Source: Catajapyx aquilonaris
Taxonomy: Eukaryota
Reading direction: 5' to 3'
Assembly: GCA_000934665.2 (NCBI GenBank)
Contig: KZ538026.1
Coordinates: 62,001-126,000, forward strand
Length of the DNA stretch: 64,000 bases
The notes beneath the pieces are model-generated. The model searched no databases. It saw only the letters and a list, made by a program, of their open reading frames with translations, and was not told the origin of the DNA. Below, one piece after another: positions 51,255-64,000 of this stretch. Position 1 is the first letter of the stretch. The number at the start of each line of letters is the position of its first letter. The position numbers were made by a program, and so were the translations under genes.

Positions 51255-51901
51255 GGATTTCGGATATAAGCTGCTTATTTTAACGGGGGTTTCAAAAAAC
51301 GAAGGTCATTATCAAAACGAGGTTAAAAGTGTGTTAGCTGTTTCAATATATGGAACGTTTTCACCTCTGGTCCAACTACAATATTGGGCAAGGTCACCTT
51401 GGCTGTGAAGAGACTCATTAAATATGAAAATATTCATGTTATGACACGAAGAAGGTAGTTTTGTGAGCTACTCACTTTTTGGACATAAGCTGCTATTTTT
51501 AAAAAATAAGGTGCTTATTTTTAACGGATTTTCCAAAATAGCAGTTAAAAATTAGGTTCATTTTGCAGCGAATTAACTTAATGACAGAGCTTAAGACATA
51601 TGTAGTACTGATCCACAAAGCCAATTGAAGTTCAAGTGTAGCAATAGACACACCTTGTAAAAGCCACGAAATATGGGGACCGTTTTTTTTATTTTTAAAA
51701 AAGACACCAGTAAAGTTTCGATTTTGGATATAAGCTGCTATTTTAAAAAATAAGGAACGGATTTTTCAAAAATATCAGTTAAAATTAAGTTCATTTGTAG
51801 CGAATTAAATTCATGACAGAGCTTAAGACACATGCTGTCTCAGATCAGATTGAAGTTCAACTGTTCAAGTGTAAGTTAGACACCCTGTAAAAGCCACAAA
51901 A
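51255..51901. repeat. Diverged direct tandem duplication: two copies of about 180-195 bp plus a partial third
   Basis: 51477-51671 and 51722-51901 share TTTTGGAYATAAGCTGCTATTTT, ATGACAGAGCTTAAGACA, ATTGAAGTTCAA and CACCYTGTAAAAGCCAC in the same order. A partial copy GGATATAAGCTGC lies near 51262. Confidence 0.85.
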
Positions 51902-54404
51902 CAATCTAATAGAAATGCGCGGAACAATTTTGCAAAGCAGCTGAGCAAACCGATGGCCCATAGAGAATTGGCATTGCGAAAATCGGTTGCTGTGTTATGT
52001 CTGTGTGCACGCATCGTCGCAATGCAATCATGATAATGCCGATTTCCTTGTTAGTCTCGGGGCATTGCAGATAAAGTGACACTTAACGCGAGGCTTCCTG
52101 TTCCGATATTTGGAAGGGGGGGACGATATCGACAGGTCTGTCGTGCCATTTATACAGAGTGGTGTTACACTATTACCTCCCCCCCCCCCCTTCCCAAACG
52201 TTGTGTGTTTGCTTTCCAACAGCAGCAGAGCGGCAGCACATCGATTTTCAACAATCTGACCATTTTCCGTTCCTAGATTGGGTGAAATGGAAGAGACTGA
52301 CAAACTATTCATCCTGTCAAACATTAATTGAGGCAACCCCCCCCCCCCTCTCTCCCCATCCCCGGCCATTCGACGGTTATGCGCCGGAGTGACGTGCAAA
52401 CCAGGAATATCAGTTAACGTAATTGGCCAGTCTGCGTTGCGGTGCGTCCATTTGAAAGAGGAGAAAGAAAAATTGAATTTAATCCGAATTACAGTATGTG
52501 CTGAAAAACACTGCAACGCACGTATGTATATGCGGATGGGAACTACTCCGATCTTATCAAAAATTGAACGACCGGACAGTCAGGTACGCAATCACTTATT
52601 TATCAAATATTGAAATTTTAATGCCGGGTCTCTTCTGGATAACATAACCAAATGATAAATTCAGATTGCACCCTCTTATAGGATGTATAAATAAATTTAC
52701 AAAATTCCAAAGCAAAATGTGCGTAACCGATTCCGAATTTATTCAACAACATTTTTTTGATGGACGCCTATAAAACTGAGCCTTCTTAACGGCGAGTTAA
52801 AAGTTAGTCGAAACAATTCATTAATCATCCCGAATATGAAGCGGCCAGTTAACACTCACTTGTCTGCCTGTAAAGCACGCGACCCTGCCTCTCAATTGAG
52901 GCGCATGGGTTGCGTACACGTCAGGATGAACAATTAGCTTTCTCTAACTTCCCCACCCGCAGAGCCAGTCACGAACCTCAAGTACTTCACCAGACCTACC
53001 CTTTGAACCTTTTCATCCAAGACCTTCCCCCTTTTCCAGCAGCAACAAAAAAAAACCCTGTACAAAAATCGATGATTGTTGGAAGAATGCCAATGGCGGA
53101 TTAACGAGTGAATGGTGTATATCAAAGCAAACATGCCGCCTTGTGTACGTGTCGCCTAACGATTCGACTTATAATACAGGTTCATATTCAATTCACTGTG
53201 ACACACACAAACCGACGGAGCAAGGGAACGGTGATGGAAAGTGATTGCCAGGGTCAAAAAGTTTGCCAAACTTTTGCGAGCCAGAGGGGGGGAAAAAAAG
53301 AGGGGTGGGAGAGTTCCACCCGGTTTTTACGGGCTTGCATATAAAGTCAAGGTTCATTCCGATTAAAGAATTATCCGGATGTAACGGATGTTGAATCGGC
53401 GCGATGAAATTTTCGCATGGCTTCATCGCATTAAAAAAGCGGTTAATAAATAGAAGGAAATATGACGAGTGCGCGCAGACCTACTTAGACATAAAAGTTA
53501 TTAAGCAATTAATAATCTCTCAGAGTGGCTCCTGCAAGTAGGTTAAGCACTGTACTAAACCACTTTTGGTATTATCATATACTGTACTGAATTTCGTTAT
53601 ATTTTTTTGTTGGAAAACTTTTTAGACGATAAAATTGCTTAGGTACTGTGCAATAAGGACGCAGTAATATATGCGTACCTTCAGTACTTTATGTTCTTAA
53701 ATAAATTTAAAATATGTTCGAAGCACATTGAAATGAAATTCTATAGAAGCAACCATTGTTGGAAAAGTGTTAAAACTATTTTTAAACCTGTGACAGGCGC
53801 AGTTAGAATAAATCTGGTTTTTTTATACAACTCCTGTTGTTGACAAATGGTTTGAAATCCTTAAATAATAATCAGGTGCTGTAAACCACTATTAATCTAT
53901 GCCAAACATCTTTATTAAGTTACCAGCCACTGTTGGTGAATTGTTCAACAAAAATGATATTGCGCATGCCGTCATTATTTTTTCAAGTATTTTGTAGACA
54001 GTTCCCAACACTTTAAAGAGCAATGTTGTGCAAGAGCAATTACGTTACACCTTGAGTTTCAATTGCTTCATATTATTAGTAAATTGTTCGTAAGAGTATA
54101 AAAACCTGGGCAGCCAGATTTTACGGAAATGGCAGTGTCACTATTAATAAAACTGATTTATTGGCCTATTAACGATTGTGTGATCGACATAAAAATCCAT
54201 CTGCTACTTTTCTTGTTCGTAGCATTATTCGGAACAACAATTTAGAACTTGTTCTCAACCTACCCTAAGAAGTTCCAACTCAGCCGAAGTCTTACCTGCA
54301 ACGAGACAAAATAAAGGACAAAGGTTAGTATACAATCCACTGTGACAACAGCTCGTGACATTGTAACCCACTCCCTGGCACGTGATAATCCCCCCCCCCC
54401 CCCC

Positions 54405-54515
54405 NNNNNNNNNNNNNNNNNNNNNNNNNNNNNNNNNNNNNNNNNNNNNNNNNNNNNNNNNNNNNNNNNNNNNNNNNNNNNNNNNNNNNNNNNNNNNNNN
54501 NNNNNNNNNNNNNNN
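54405..54515. other. Assembly gap (111 N) between a poly-C and a poly-G tract
   Basis: Run of N with C15 on the left and G19 on the right. Confidence 0.99.
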
Positions 54516-57500
54516 GGGGGGGGGGGGGGGGGGGTGCTTCCCCCCTCCTGGTTTGGAACAGGGCCTTTTTGGCACCGTGCCTATTTTCTGACTTGCACTT
54601 TATTGAGGTCAAGGAGAAAAGCGACGGAAATCGACCCGATTTCCATCCCCTTGCTTCCTAACAATGCTTCCACATGCCTTTGGTCACTCACCGACCTTTT
54701 CGCCAACCTGACTCTCTCTTCCCCCACCCCCAAAAAATTTCTCTAGTACAGTTAAAGGATCCTTGATGCTAGTCCTTCGACCCACCTCAATTCCCAAGAG
54801 ATGCATCGAGTGCTGGATGCCTTCCCCTTTTCGGCAAGCAGGCAAGCACAAGAGGGGTAGCCAAAAGGAGTTGGGATAAAGTTCCACGGATCCTCTGGTG
54901 TGCTCAACTCCCACGATACGTGCCTGCCTAACATGACACCCTCAACCGGTTCGATTAAAGGGGATTTCACGCCGAGGATAATACTCAAAAGGCGGTCTCT
55001 CTCTCTCTAACTTTGCTTCAGAGGGTGTGAATCGGACCTATTGGCGAAACGATTTGCAAACAATGCAGGGGTTACGTGCCGTCACTCACAAAGGGTCAAG
55101 TTAAATGGCAACACCTGGGAGGCTATTTGGAGGGAGTTTGTGCCATTAGACAAAATCCTATCTCTCTCCGGCTCGCTCATTAAAAACTTATCGGGGGGGC
55201 CTTCGCCACTTCCAATTTTTCTCCGGAGAAAACACGAGGGCTGGGATGGAATGGCTAAATCATATGGCTGGCGGGCGCAGGGCCGTCTGAACTTTGACAT
55301 TTGGTCGACCCCGTATCCCCCCCCTACCACCCAAAACCGATTCGAGGCCAGAACTGCAGTGATGTTTGTGGCATTCATTTTAAACAGGACTACAGAAGCC
55401 GGAGCTAATTACTTTGCCATACCCACTCTTTTTGAAGTCTTGCTTTATTCAGGTGACCTGAATTGAAGGTCAAACATTCCCATCCCTTACAGTTCAATGT
55501 GTTACATTAGCTTAGCCCTGCGCAATTTCTGGCATATGTAACACGCCGCACTTCGCAACTGGCAGCGCATATTTTGGGGCTGTCCTGGTAATGCAACCGC
55601 ACCTGCATAATGGCTCTCCATATCTCAGTTTTTACCTACCTACAAAACGTTCCGGTAACGATCCGTATCCGGGCAGAAATCCGGGAGGCGAATTAATACG
55701 CGGAAAAAAATGGGATGGCGTCAGTTTGCAAAAAAAAAATCTCCTCTCGCACTCTCTGAATTTGCATCGAGCAAAAGTAATCGGGGCTGAAATTACGATG
55801 TCTGCAGCGCGACAAAAACGTGGTTAATGCGAATGCAAACACAAGTACTACTTTTACTATCGGCTAGGACACATCCAGGGGCTTTTAAAAGTCCGGATAG
55901 CAAATAATAAAAAAAAGCTGTCAAACCCCGCAGCTTTAGCATTCCAGGGATAACAGCGACAGTAAACCTCCACAACCCATATGTGGATTGGTAGAAACTT
56001 TTTAAAAAAATAATAAATTAAATAGATGACTCTGCCTGATATGAGTGCCAACCTATGTAAACCACACATGTATTGTAACATGCCCTAGCCCCAAGAGAAG
56101 AAAAAAAGAGTGTGTATTCATAAATTGCAGTGCGATGTACCGCGTTACAAATGAAGTCCGAACTAGTGTCCAGACTCGTAATTTGTTCCTCTCGGGCTGC
56201 ACGTTTACAGTGTCGATGTAATTCGCCCGCGCTTTTGTGCAATTTGCCGCACTGAAATTACTCCCCACCCACCCTACCCTCTCCTCTTTTTTTGCAAAAG
56301 CATGGTAGAATCATTTGCAGACACCTTACATGACAGCATCCAATTTTGCAAAGTTGGAAAAGGCCACTGCTGGCTGAATCGACATATGCCGTTGGCTACA
56401 GTACCTTGGATTATTTTTAGGGGGAAAAAAATGGTGTTCATAACTTTTTGGAACCATTCAAATATGGAGGCACGTGCAGGAAAAATGGAGATAAGCACTT
56501 TGCTTCACTTGACGCTAAAATACTGTCCCCGGGTTTGTCGTAAATAGAGCTGGGAGGGGCTTGCACGCAGTGGGATATCTCTCTCTCTCGTTTAGATCCG
56601 ACTAGGTGGGCCACACGTATATGACTAGGTAATATTTTTCGCATGTGAGAAGAATCATAAAGATGTCTCTGAATCCACTACTTTGTCAAATGGCATTGTC
56701 TAAATTAGTGCACAAATTTTTTTGCGAGCTTAATCAACATCATCTAGGTACTTGCTAAGTTAGAGCCACCATAACTCCTGTTTCAACCCTGAGAAAAACA
56801 GTTTGTTTTACGATACAACCTATTTTTTCTCTCTCTCTCTCTCTCTCCATCCCTTCCCTAGTCCATTATCATGCCCACATGAGGCAGAAAAGCAATCAGG
56901 ACGGAACAAATTAACGAGCCCGGTTCTAAACCCGCGTAACTGCGGCTTTTACGTTCCACCTTCCAGTTAATTGCAAAGTCAGGCCTATCAGTTTCTTAGC
57001 TCTTGGGTATGTCCTTACACACGGAGGCCTTTCCCACAAAAAAAGTGTACACACGCAGAGGCTATGTTTTATGGTTGGGCACCCCTCCCACTTTGCGACT
57101 ATCAGATAGCATATAGCGTGAGGAAAGGCCTGGCTGAATATCCTGGCCTGTTAAGGTGGTTCAATAACGAGGGCATGACTCGAGAGATGGGGAGGGTTTA
57201 GACAGGGGGTGGTAGTCCCCAAAAGCTTAGTTCTGTCACCGCGTTGCGTCAGATGGAGTACCCTACTTTAGGGGGGGGTCGCCCTAATCAAGCCAATAAG
57301 AAGGAGTACAGAGTTCTAGCGGATCAATCGGTGGGCTATTAATTTCCCACCTGCGAGAACTACCATCACGCACTCCGCACCTGCCATTTGCTGCACGGAA
57401 ATTTTTGCGCGATAGAAAAAGTTTGATCGAGGGTGAAAATAGGTGCGTATGGACTCAGAGGCACGCAACAGTGGAAGGAAAATTCAATGGAAATCTGGAA

Positions 57501-60500
57501 GTAATCCCGAGAAGTCAGGAAGGAAATCCCTGCCATTATCCTAATTTCTACAGGTTATTCCCTTGTGGGAGTGGATTGACTCGGAATGTCTTGGATTACA
57601 TCTGATTGCATGACATAATACAGTGAACAGTTGTTACTAAAGGAATAACCTCGCACTATTGTGATCAATTTTCATGCACTTCCTTCTTCAAGCAGGATAG
57701 ATTTTTCCGGCACAGTTCCAGCCCTTTGGATGACCCTTCATTCCTTTATGGATTACGTGTGATAATCTCTCGGATATTACGGAATTCTCATAATTTTTTT
57801 ATTACGTCCCACAATGTCAAAAGGATTTCCTCAGATTTACTTCCATGCTGTGGATTAACGCTTCTCATTCCGTCCCCATCGATGGATACTGATGTCATTT
57901 TTTTTCAACAGTTCATTTCCAGGATTACTTTAGGATTTCATTTGAAATTCCCCACAGTGCTCAGTAGGCATCAAAATCTGTCAGAATTAGTTTCACTAGA
58001 TTCTTTCCAATTCACTTCAGGGCAAAAAGTGACTGATTGTTTACTAAAAGTGTCAGTGACTGTTAAGCTGGTTTCTGTATTCCTCCGGCTTCATTGTTGG
58101 ATTGTGAACTAACTGTGCATGCTACAGTAAGAATCGGATTTTTTTTTGCCTCTACGTTCCTTCCCTTTTCATCCCCCCCTCCCCCTTTCCTATCCATACT
58201 GGTCCCATGACAAATCCAGAGATGGCTCCAATAAAAAAATCATTTATCGATCTCTGATGATGCACTGGGTTGACGTTTATGGATCCCTTCCATCACTAGC
58301 CTTCGAATCTGGAAGAGTTATCAGCTCAAACACGCGGTATATTACAGGCCCCTCCGGTGAATAGATAGGAAGAGAGGGAAGTGGGGAGAGGAGAGGGGGG
58401 GGGGGCAGTTATGGTGGCACCACATTAAATTTTTCATCACACGCATTCGTTTCCTTCAATTCTAGTGATGACAGTTGGAAGCATTCGCGTCACGCCTTCA
58501 ATCAACATTGATGAAGCGCCAGAGGTATTTGAATAGTCCCCCCCTTCCTCTCTCTCTCTCTGAACATCATTCCCCCTTCCCATCCTCCCCCGTCCCCAGC
58601 GTGAGTGACCCTGTTTACCCGAGGAATGCCTGGGATTGGTCCTGAAACACGACAGAGATAACCCGAAGCGTCAATTTGAACCTGAAAATCACATCGGACG
58701 AAAATGATCCAGTCTGCTCGATATACAGAGTGGTACAAATGAATGTGGTCAAAAATACGTCATGAGTATACAGCCTACGACACTTCCATCTTTTCGATGA
58801 TGATCGCATTATCATGGCAATATTTTTGTCATTTTAAAACGTTAAAATGTTGCGCTCTTTTTCACCAACCAACTGTAGGGAATAATCGCTCTTTTTTTCC
58901 CCCTCTCTGGTCCTTTCCAAACTTGCAAACAAATTAATGGCATTCAAAACATGCGATCCTCTCCACCCATGGTCCAATTGCTGGCCAGCAGCACAAACCT
59001 GGACAGGTTCAATTTCGCTCGTGGGGTACGCTATGCCGATGGGGGCCAATCAGCTTATGTTTGACATGCCCCATTATTAAACCATGGCGCAGAACATGTC
59101 ATTTTCGGATGTTAGCGCCCATGCCAGATGATGCAACAATATCAACTCGGGTGCAGTTATGGGGGACGAGGCTATTGCAATAATGGCGTGCTGAATTTTT
59201 CGGCAAAATATGGGTTCGCATACTAACGTGAAGGGGGGGGGGAATAAGCCGCTTACTTCAATTAGATATTGCATTACCAGGTATGGATAAAAATCGTTCC
59301 CATGCCTTGCATTCACTCTGGCCATTGGAGCATCAAAAAGGAGCTGGGTATGGATCGCTGGCAAAAGCATTTCGCGCTCACTTGTGCGAAAAGGAGATCG
59401 AAATCGCGACCTTAATCATTCATTAGCATAATGCGATCTGCTGGGATGGGATGGGGGAGGAGCGTTGTGACACCCGGTGCTCCACTAGTTCTTTTCGTCA
59501 CGTCACAGCTGAAAAATGATCGCATCGTCATACCGATAAGCCTCTTTGTCATATCCAGTCCCCAACCACCACTTCCACCATTCATCCGCAAAAAAAAATG
59601 CGAAAAAATCAATCTAGCTCTGGCTTTAGAATTAGCGGCAAAAATTGACGGTTTAATCTCTGTAATACCTGGCTGGTGTAGTTGAAGGCCCTCTCACTTG
59701 CTGATTTATGCCTGTGATTCACTGGAGGTTACGAGAAGGATTGCTTTCATTTACTCCATACTTGCTTCAGAGGTCAAAAAATGGCTAAAAATATTAATAA
59801 CCGGTTTTTAGTCGAGTGAACCGGATTCAATATGGCGGGTTGAAAGCCTTGCCCTTTGGAAGCAATAAGGGGCCTAATGAGAAGCGGGGAATAATCCGGC
59901 AGAAATCATAACGAAGCTCAAGTTACCCCCCCTAAAAGCAGCAGATGCACACAGAGTTCAAGGGGGAAAAGGGGGGAGAGAAGAGAATGGGGGGGGGGGG
60001 GGGGGGGGGTTCAAAGGGAATTACATTCAGAAGGCTGGCAATGAAATTCCAAATCTTATTGCATTTGGCCAGGAGAATTAAGAGCACTTGCAGGTTGAAC
60101 TCTAAGCCACATGTACGAATTCGACTGCAACGCACAATGCAAATGCACCCAGTCCTATATACGCTGCCTCTCTCGCAGTTTTAAGCCGGAATAATATTGT
60201 CACGCCAAAGCAGTCACGCATGCGCACTCACACTGGTAGATCCGGATGTGTAAGCAGATATGTACATTTTAATCCTCCAATTTACTGGAGGTATAATTTA
60301 GGCAGTGTGCCAACCTGAATTGCAGCAAGTGGACTACATATATAATCGACATTGTTGCAACTGCACCTACTATTTGCGCAACCATCTATCCCTTTCACGA
60401 ATCTGCTTTTTTTTTGCTAAAAGATTTACAGGGGTCGCGCTGCAAGTGAACTATTTAGTAGATGTGGAAAGAGAGGGGGGAGAGGGGGCAGTGTTGATCA

Positions 60501-63500
60501 AATGGATTAATATCCCGGGGTGTCCCGGTGCTGAAAACAATTTTCCAGCAAAGTATGCGTCCAGTTGGTTAATATTGATAACCAGTATCCAGTGCTAGCC
60601 CCATTGCTCCCCTCTGACGGTTCACATGAATAATTAACTCTCTCGGAAAATCGACCTCTCGCCTGGTTACACATTCCCTTTTGCAAATTACAAAAAAAAA
60701 GCGAGAGAGAGAAACACATGAGACTTCAGGTGAAAAAAAAAATCCATCAAATGTCATCACTTTTCCCTGGAGGAACACACACACATTGCGATGGGACTAT
60801 TGTTAAACCTCGATTCACCCATACTGTGTCCCACCCACCGCAAAAAAAAACCCAAATAATAGCTACCCTGTGACACGTTATCGAATTTTCTGCTCGAAGG
60901 AAATCTACATAAGACTATAGAATCTCGCCTGCTCGATAAACGTGCTGGTGACAAGAGGCCTACCGCGATCCTGCACAATTTATAGTCATGCTGGAAGGCT
61001 GGTTGGGGGGGATGGTATGGAGAGGAAGGGGGGGGGGGGATGGAGGAAGAAATATGGCCTTTGGTTTCGACTGTAAAGGCCACTTCTTAGCCCGCAGTGA
61101 AAAGTTCTGCGGGCGAGGACAGATTTTCGCGAAATATTACGCACGACACATCGGGCTTGAAATGGTTGCAATCTGATATATAAGCCAAAATATCTATGGA
61201 GCTTCCATCTTGAGTGTTAAAATATTCATGCGGGATTTTTAAATCAGCGACTTCAAAGAACCTTTTCATTAGAGCATTTCATATCAGTTCAATAATATAT
61301 GAGGTTTCGACCTTTTTGAGGTATTTAGTTCCACTGGTGAGCCGCAGAGAAACCTGCAGCAGCCACAAGCTTTTAATAATTATTAAAGTTTTAATTTTCA
61401 GCCACTGGTTGTTGCACTCAAATCAACAGCAAATGCTGTAGCCAGCATATGTGCAAACAATTCACACACGCGGCAGTTAAAACTAAACTTTTAGCGGTTT
61501 GTGCAGCAGTTTCTGGTCTCTGCTTGCGGGCCTTTTATGACCATTAAATATAAATGAAATGGTCGGGATTAATACGAGTGCAATTATGCCGTTTGATTTT
61601 TGCAGTGCTCGGATTTTGCAGGAGATTACTGCCTAATAATGTTTCAATCTGTCACGCAATGGTATATTCCATTTTAATTTATTTTAAATCTACTGCATCA
61701 CTGTGTTTGCAAAAAAAAAAAATGAGACGAATTCTGCCCATAAGAACTTCATTCTTACAAGATGGAAAGTACACAACTGGCTCAGGAAAAAAAAAAATGT
61801 CATCTACTTTCCGACCCGTTCAATTTTCCGCCAGGAATCGAATGGCGGCCGGAAATCTGAGTCTGCCGATCCCAAAAAAACTTTTGCTCTATTTGCCTAA
61901 AATTCGCAGCGATTTTTGTGACGCAAAAACGAATATGTTCATCGAAAATATAATGTGTGTTTAAATGCCAGTTACATTTTAAATGTGGCCAAAATTTCAC
62001 CAGATTTTCAGCCTCTATAGAGAAAACCGCAATTCTGTGCGAAAGGTGTATGGATTTCAAATTCGGCTTAGTTTTGTTCTCGAAAACTTCAAATCCGGAG
62101 CAACTCCTGAAGTATCGGTGCTTGAGTAATGGTTTTTCGAGGCAGCCGCTTGAACAAAAGCCGTTAAAAAAAATAATTCCAACTCTTATCTTCTATACAG
62201 CACTATAGAAAGTAGGTTGAGAACAAGTCCGGGTCACGCCCTGTTTCGGACTTATATGTACAAACGGGTTTTAATGCCCGGATTTTCAGTACCGGGCCGT
62301 GATTTCACGTCACCTGCTATCTGTGACGTCAGAAGCGCGGTTGTCGCCCGTAAAAACTAGACCCGCCGTTATCTGCTGCTTATGGCCGCGTAAAATAATT
62401 AATCTCTGACGGCGATGACTTCCCTTAAATGGGGAGGAAACACCCAATTTTAGTGACGGTCCCCTGTGATTACAGGGTTCTTCGTTTCTTGGGTTGATAG
62501 ACGGAGATCCGAAAACCCTGGCAGTGACGAATTGAGACAATTTGCGAAAAAGATACACTGCTTAGTCTTCTCTCTCTGAAGACTTGCAAAAAGTGGGGAG
62601 GAGGAAAAGACTATAAGTTTTAATGAGGAGATGTAAGGAAAGAGACGCCTTTCATTTCTCCCCGGGCTCGACAGAAGCGCCGAAAACTTTCAGACTGCCT
62701 GTCTCGGCTGGCACGTCATGTTCGCAACCTATTTCTCCACGCAAAGTGGCAGCGGCGCACAATTTGTTCAAGCGGACCCTTAATCCTCTTCCGCCATTTT
62801 CGACGCCAAAAAATGTGGCCGTGGAATTTTGCAATATTACATCTAGGAGAAAAAATATGTTTCAAGATTCTTCTCGAAAAAAAAGTAATTTTCTAGGGAC
62901 ACTTGATGTGTTGCCGGGGCACCCAAATTTGACGGGTCCGCTTATTGATAAATAACGATTCTATTCATCGATTGCCTTTGTCAATTTCAATTAACGTTGC
63001 CCTGATTCACATACCGTTTTTTTTGGTATGTGAGGAAAAGACGAGACGTATAGGAAATTGCATCCTCCATTTTTTTCTCACTCTCCAACGTTATCACTCA
63101 GCCAACCCAACCCTTGCTTGTCTCCCTGGCAGCAGAATCCTCTTCCAGTTTCCTCTCCGACATCCAATTTGATCCCTCCTCTAACTTTCCTGACGCCTCT
63201 GGACAACGCCACACTTTGCAAAAGAAAAAAAAGAAGTTTTGCGACAATACACCTCCTTTGAAAACATCTAGCACGACCATTACCGAAGTGCTGCTCGTTG
63301 CAAATGTCCTGAACAAATGTCGCTAACGTTAACCCCCCCAAAAAATTCAACCTTTTTTTTTTGCCCGAAGAAGGTTTTATTCCCCTCTGGGTACCAACGA
63401 GAGCAAGGTCAACAGCAGCGCTTGTGCTTCAAGTATCGAGAAACACATTAAAAGTTAAGGGCTGGCAAGTTTTACGACACCGACTCCGGCGTCACCTTCC

Positions 63501-64000
63501 TATACACACGTCCCCCTCCTCCTCCTGCAGCACCCTTTATTCTCCAGGCATCAGACTTGAGTAAGAGCTTTTCTCCGATTGGTCCCCCCCATGCTGCATG
63601 CACAAACCAAAGGCTCTAAACTCGGACAGAAACGACTGCTATAAGTGGTTCAGGATGACATCTGCGACTATGAGAAGCCATTCAGATGTCAGATTCATCC
63701 AAGGCGAGCCTTTCTCTTGTGTCTCTCTCCGACTCCGATTTTCCATTTTGCATATCCAAATCGCTTTTCCCGCGCTTTGTGACAGACCGTTATTTGTCAA
63801 GACGAGAGAAAACTACTGATTACACTTCTGGGGGAGGGGGAGAAAAGGCGAGAGAAAATATCCGGGGAAGCTCGTTTCTTGCCGAATGTACAGGGTGTTC
63901 CAACCGAATATTACTCTGGTTTGGAAAGGTCAGAGGAAAGCATTCGTGTACCTAATTTTTTGCTGCATATCTTGGCTGTGCCTCCGATTGTCCGCGGTGA

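Noticed and set aside
4304..62331. CRE palindromes (4304, 18984, 62324) and DRE motifs (16728, 43978)
   Set aside because: The counts are near chance for 8-mers in 64 kb, and none sits at an identified promoter.
28070..63955. Many 60-180 aa ORFs in the ORF track
   Set aside because: They are rich in homopolymer-derived F, K, G and P, often start at non-ATG codons and show no recognisable domains, consistent with intronic noise.
24957..64000. miR-929, which I recall as intronic to complexin in Drosophila
   Set aside because: A by-eye scan for both mature arms found no match. It may lie outside the window; a miRBase BLAST would settle it.

Overview
This is eukaryotic genomic DNA, not prokaryotic. 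The insect-type complexin and 50-80 nt GT-AG introns point to an arthropod, probably a pancrustacean or hexapod. I hand-spliced three conserved genes: VPS15/PIK3R4 (minus, 9 coding exons, 8907-13751, about 1315 aa), MAK16 (plus, 5 exons, 14414-15545, 288 aa, head-to-head with VPS15), and the last three coding exons of complexin (minus, 24633-27959, ending in CAAX CVMQ). I did not find the first coding exon of complexin, so 27960-64000 is probably one intron of more than 36 kb, and 15.6-24.6 kb looks like its long 3' UTR plus spacer. The best novelty candidate is a two-exon gene for a 73-74 aa secreted Gly/Gln-rich peptide with one Cys pair. It has a TATA box at 6703, a start codon split by the intron, a 33-bp minisatellite in that intron, CDS 8238-8459, and a 3' end that probably overlaps VPS15 antisense. 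Also present: a candidate unknown minus-strand gene (exon 4386-4627), a MITE-like element in the VPS15/MAK16 promoter, tiny TA-flanked CAGGGTG elements, an old tandem duplication, and two assembly gaps. I saw no CRISPR array, tRNA, rRNA or intact transposase. No database searches were run.
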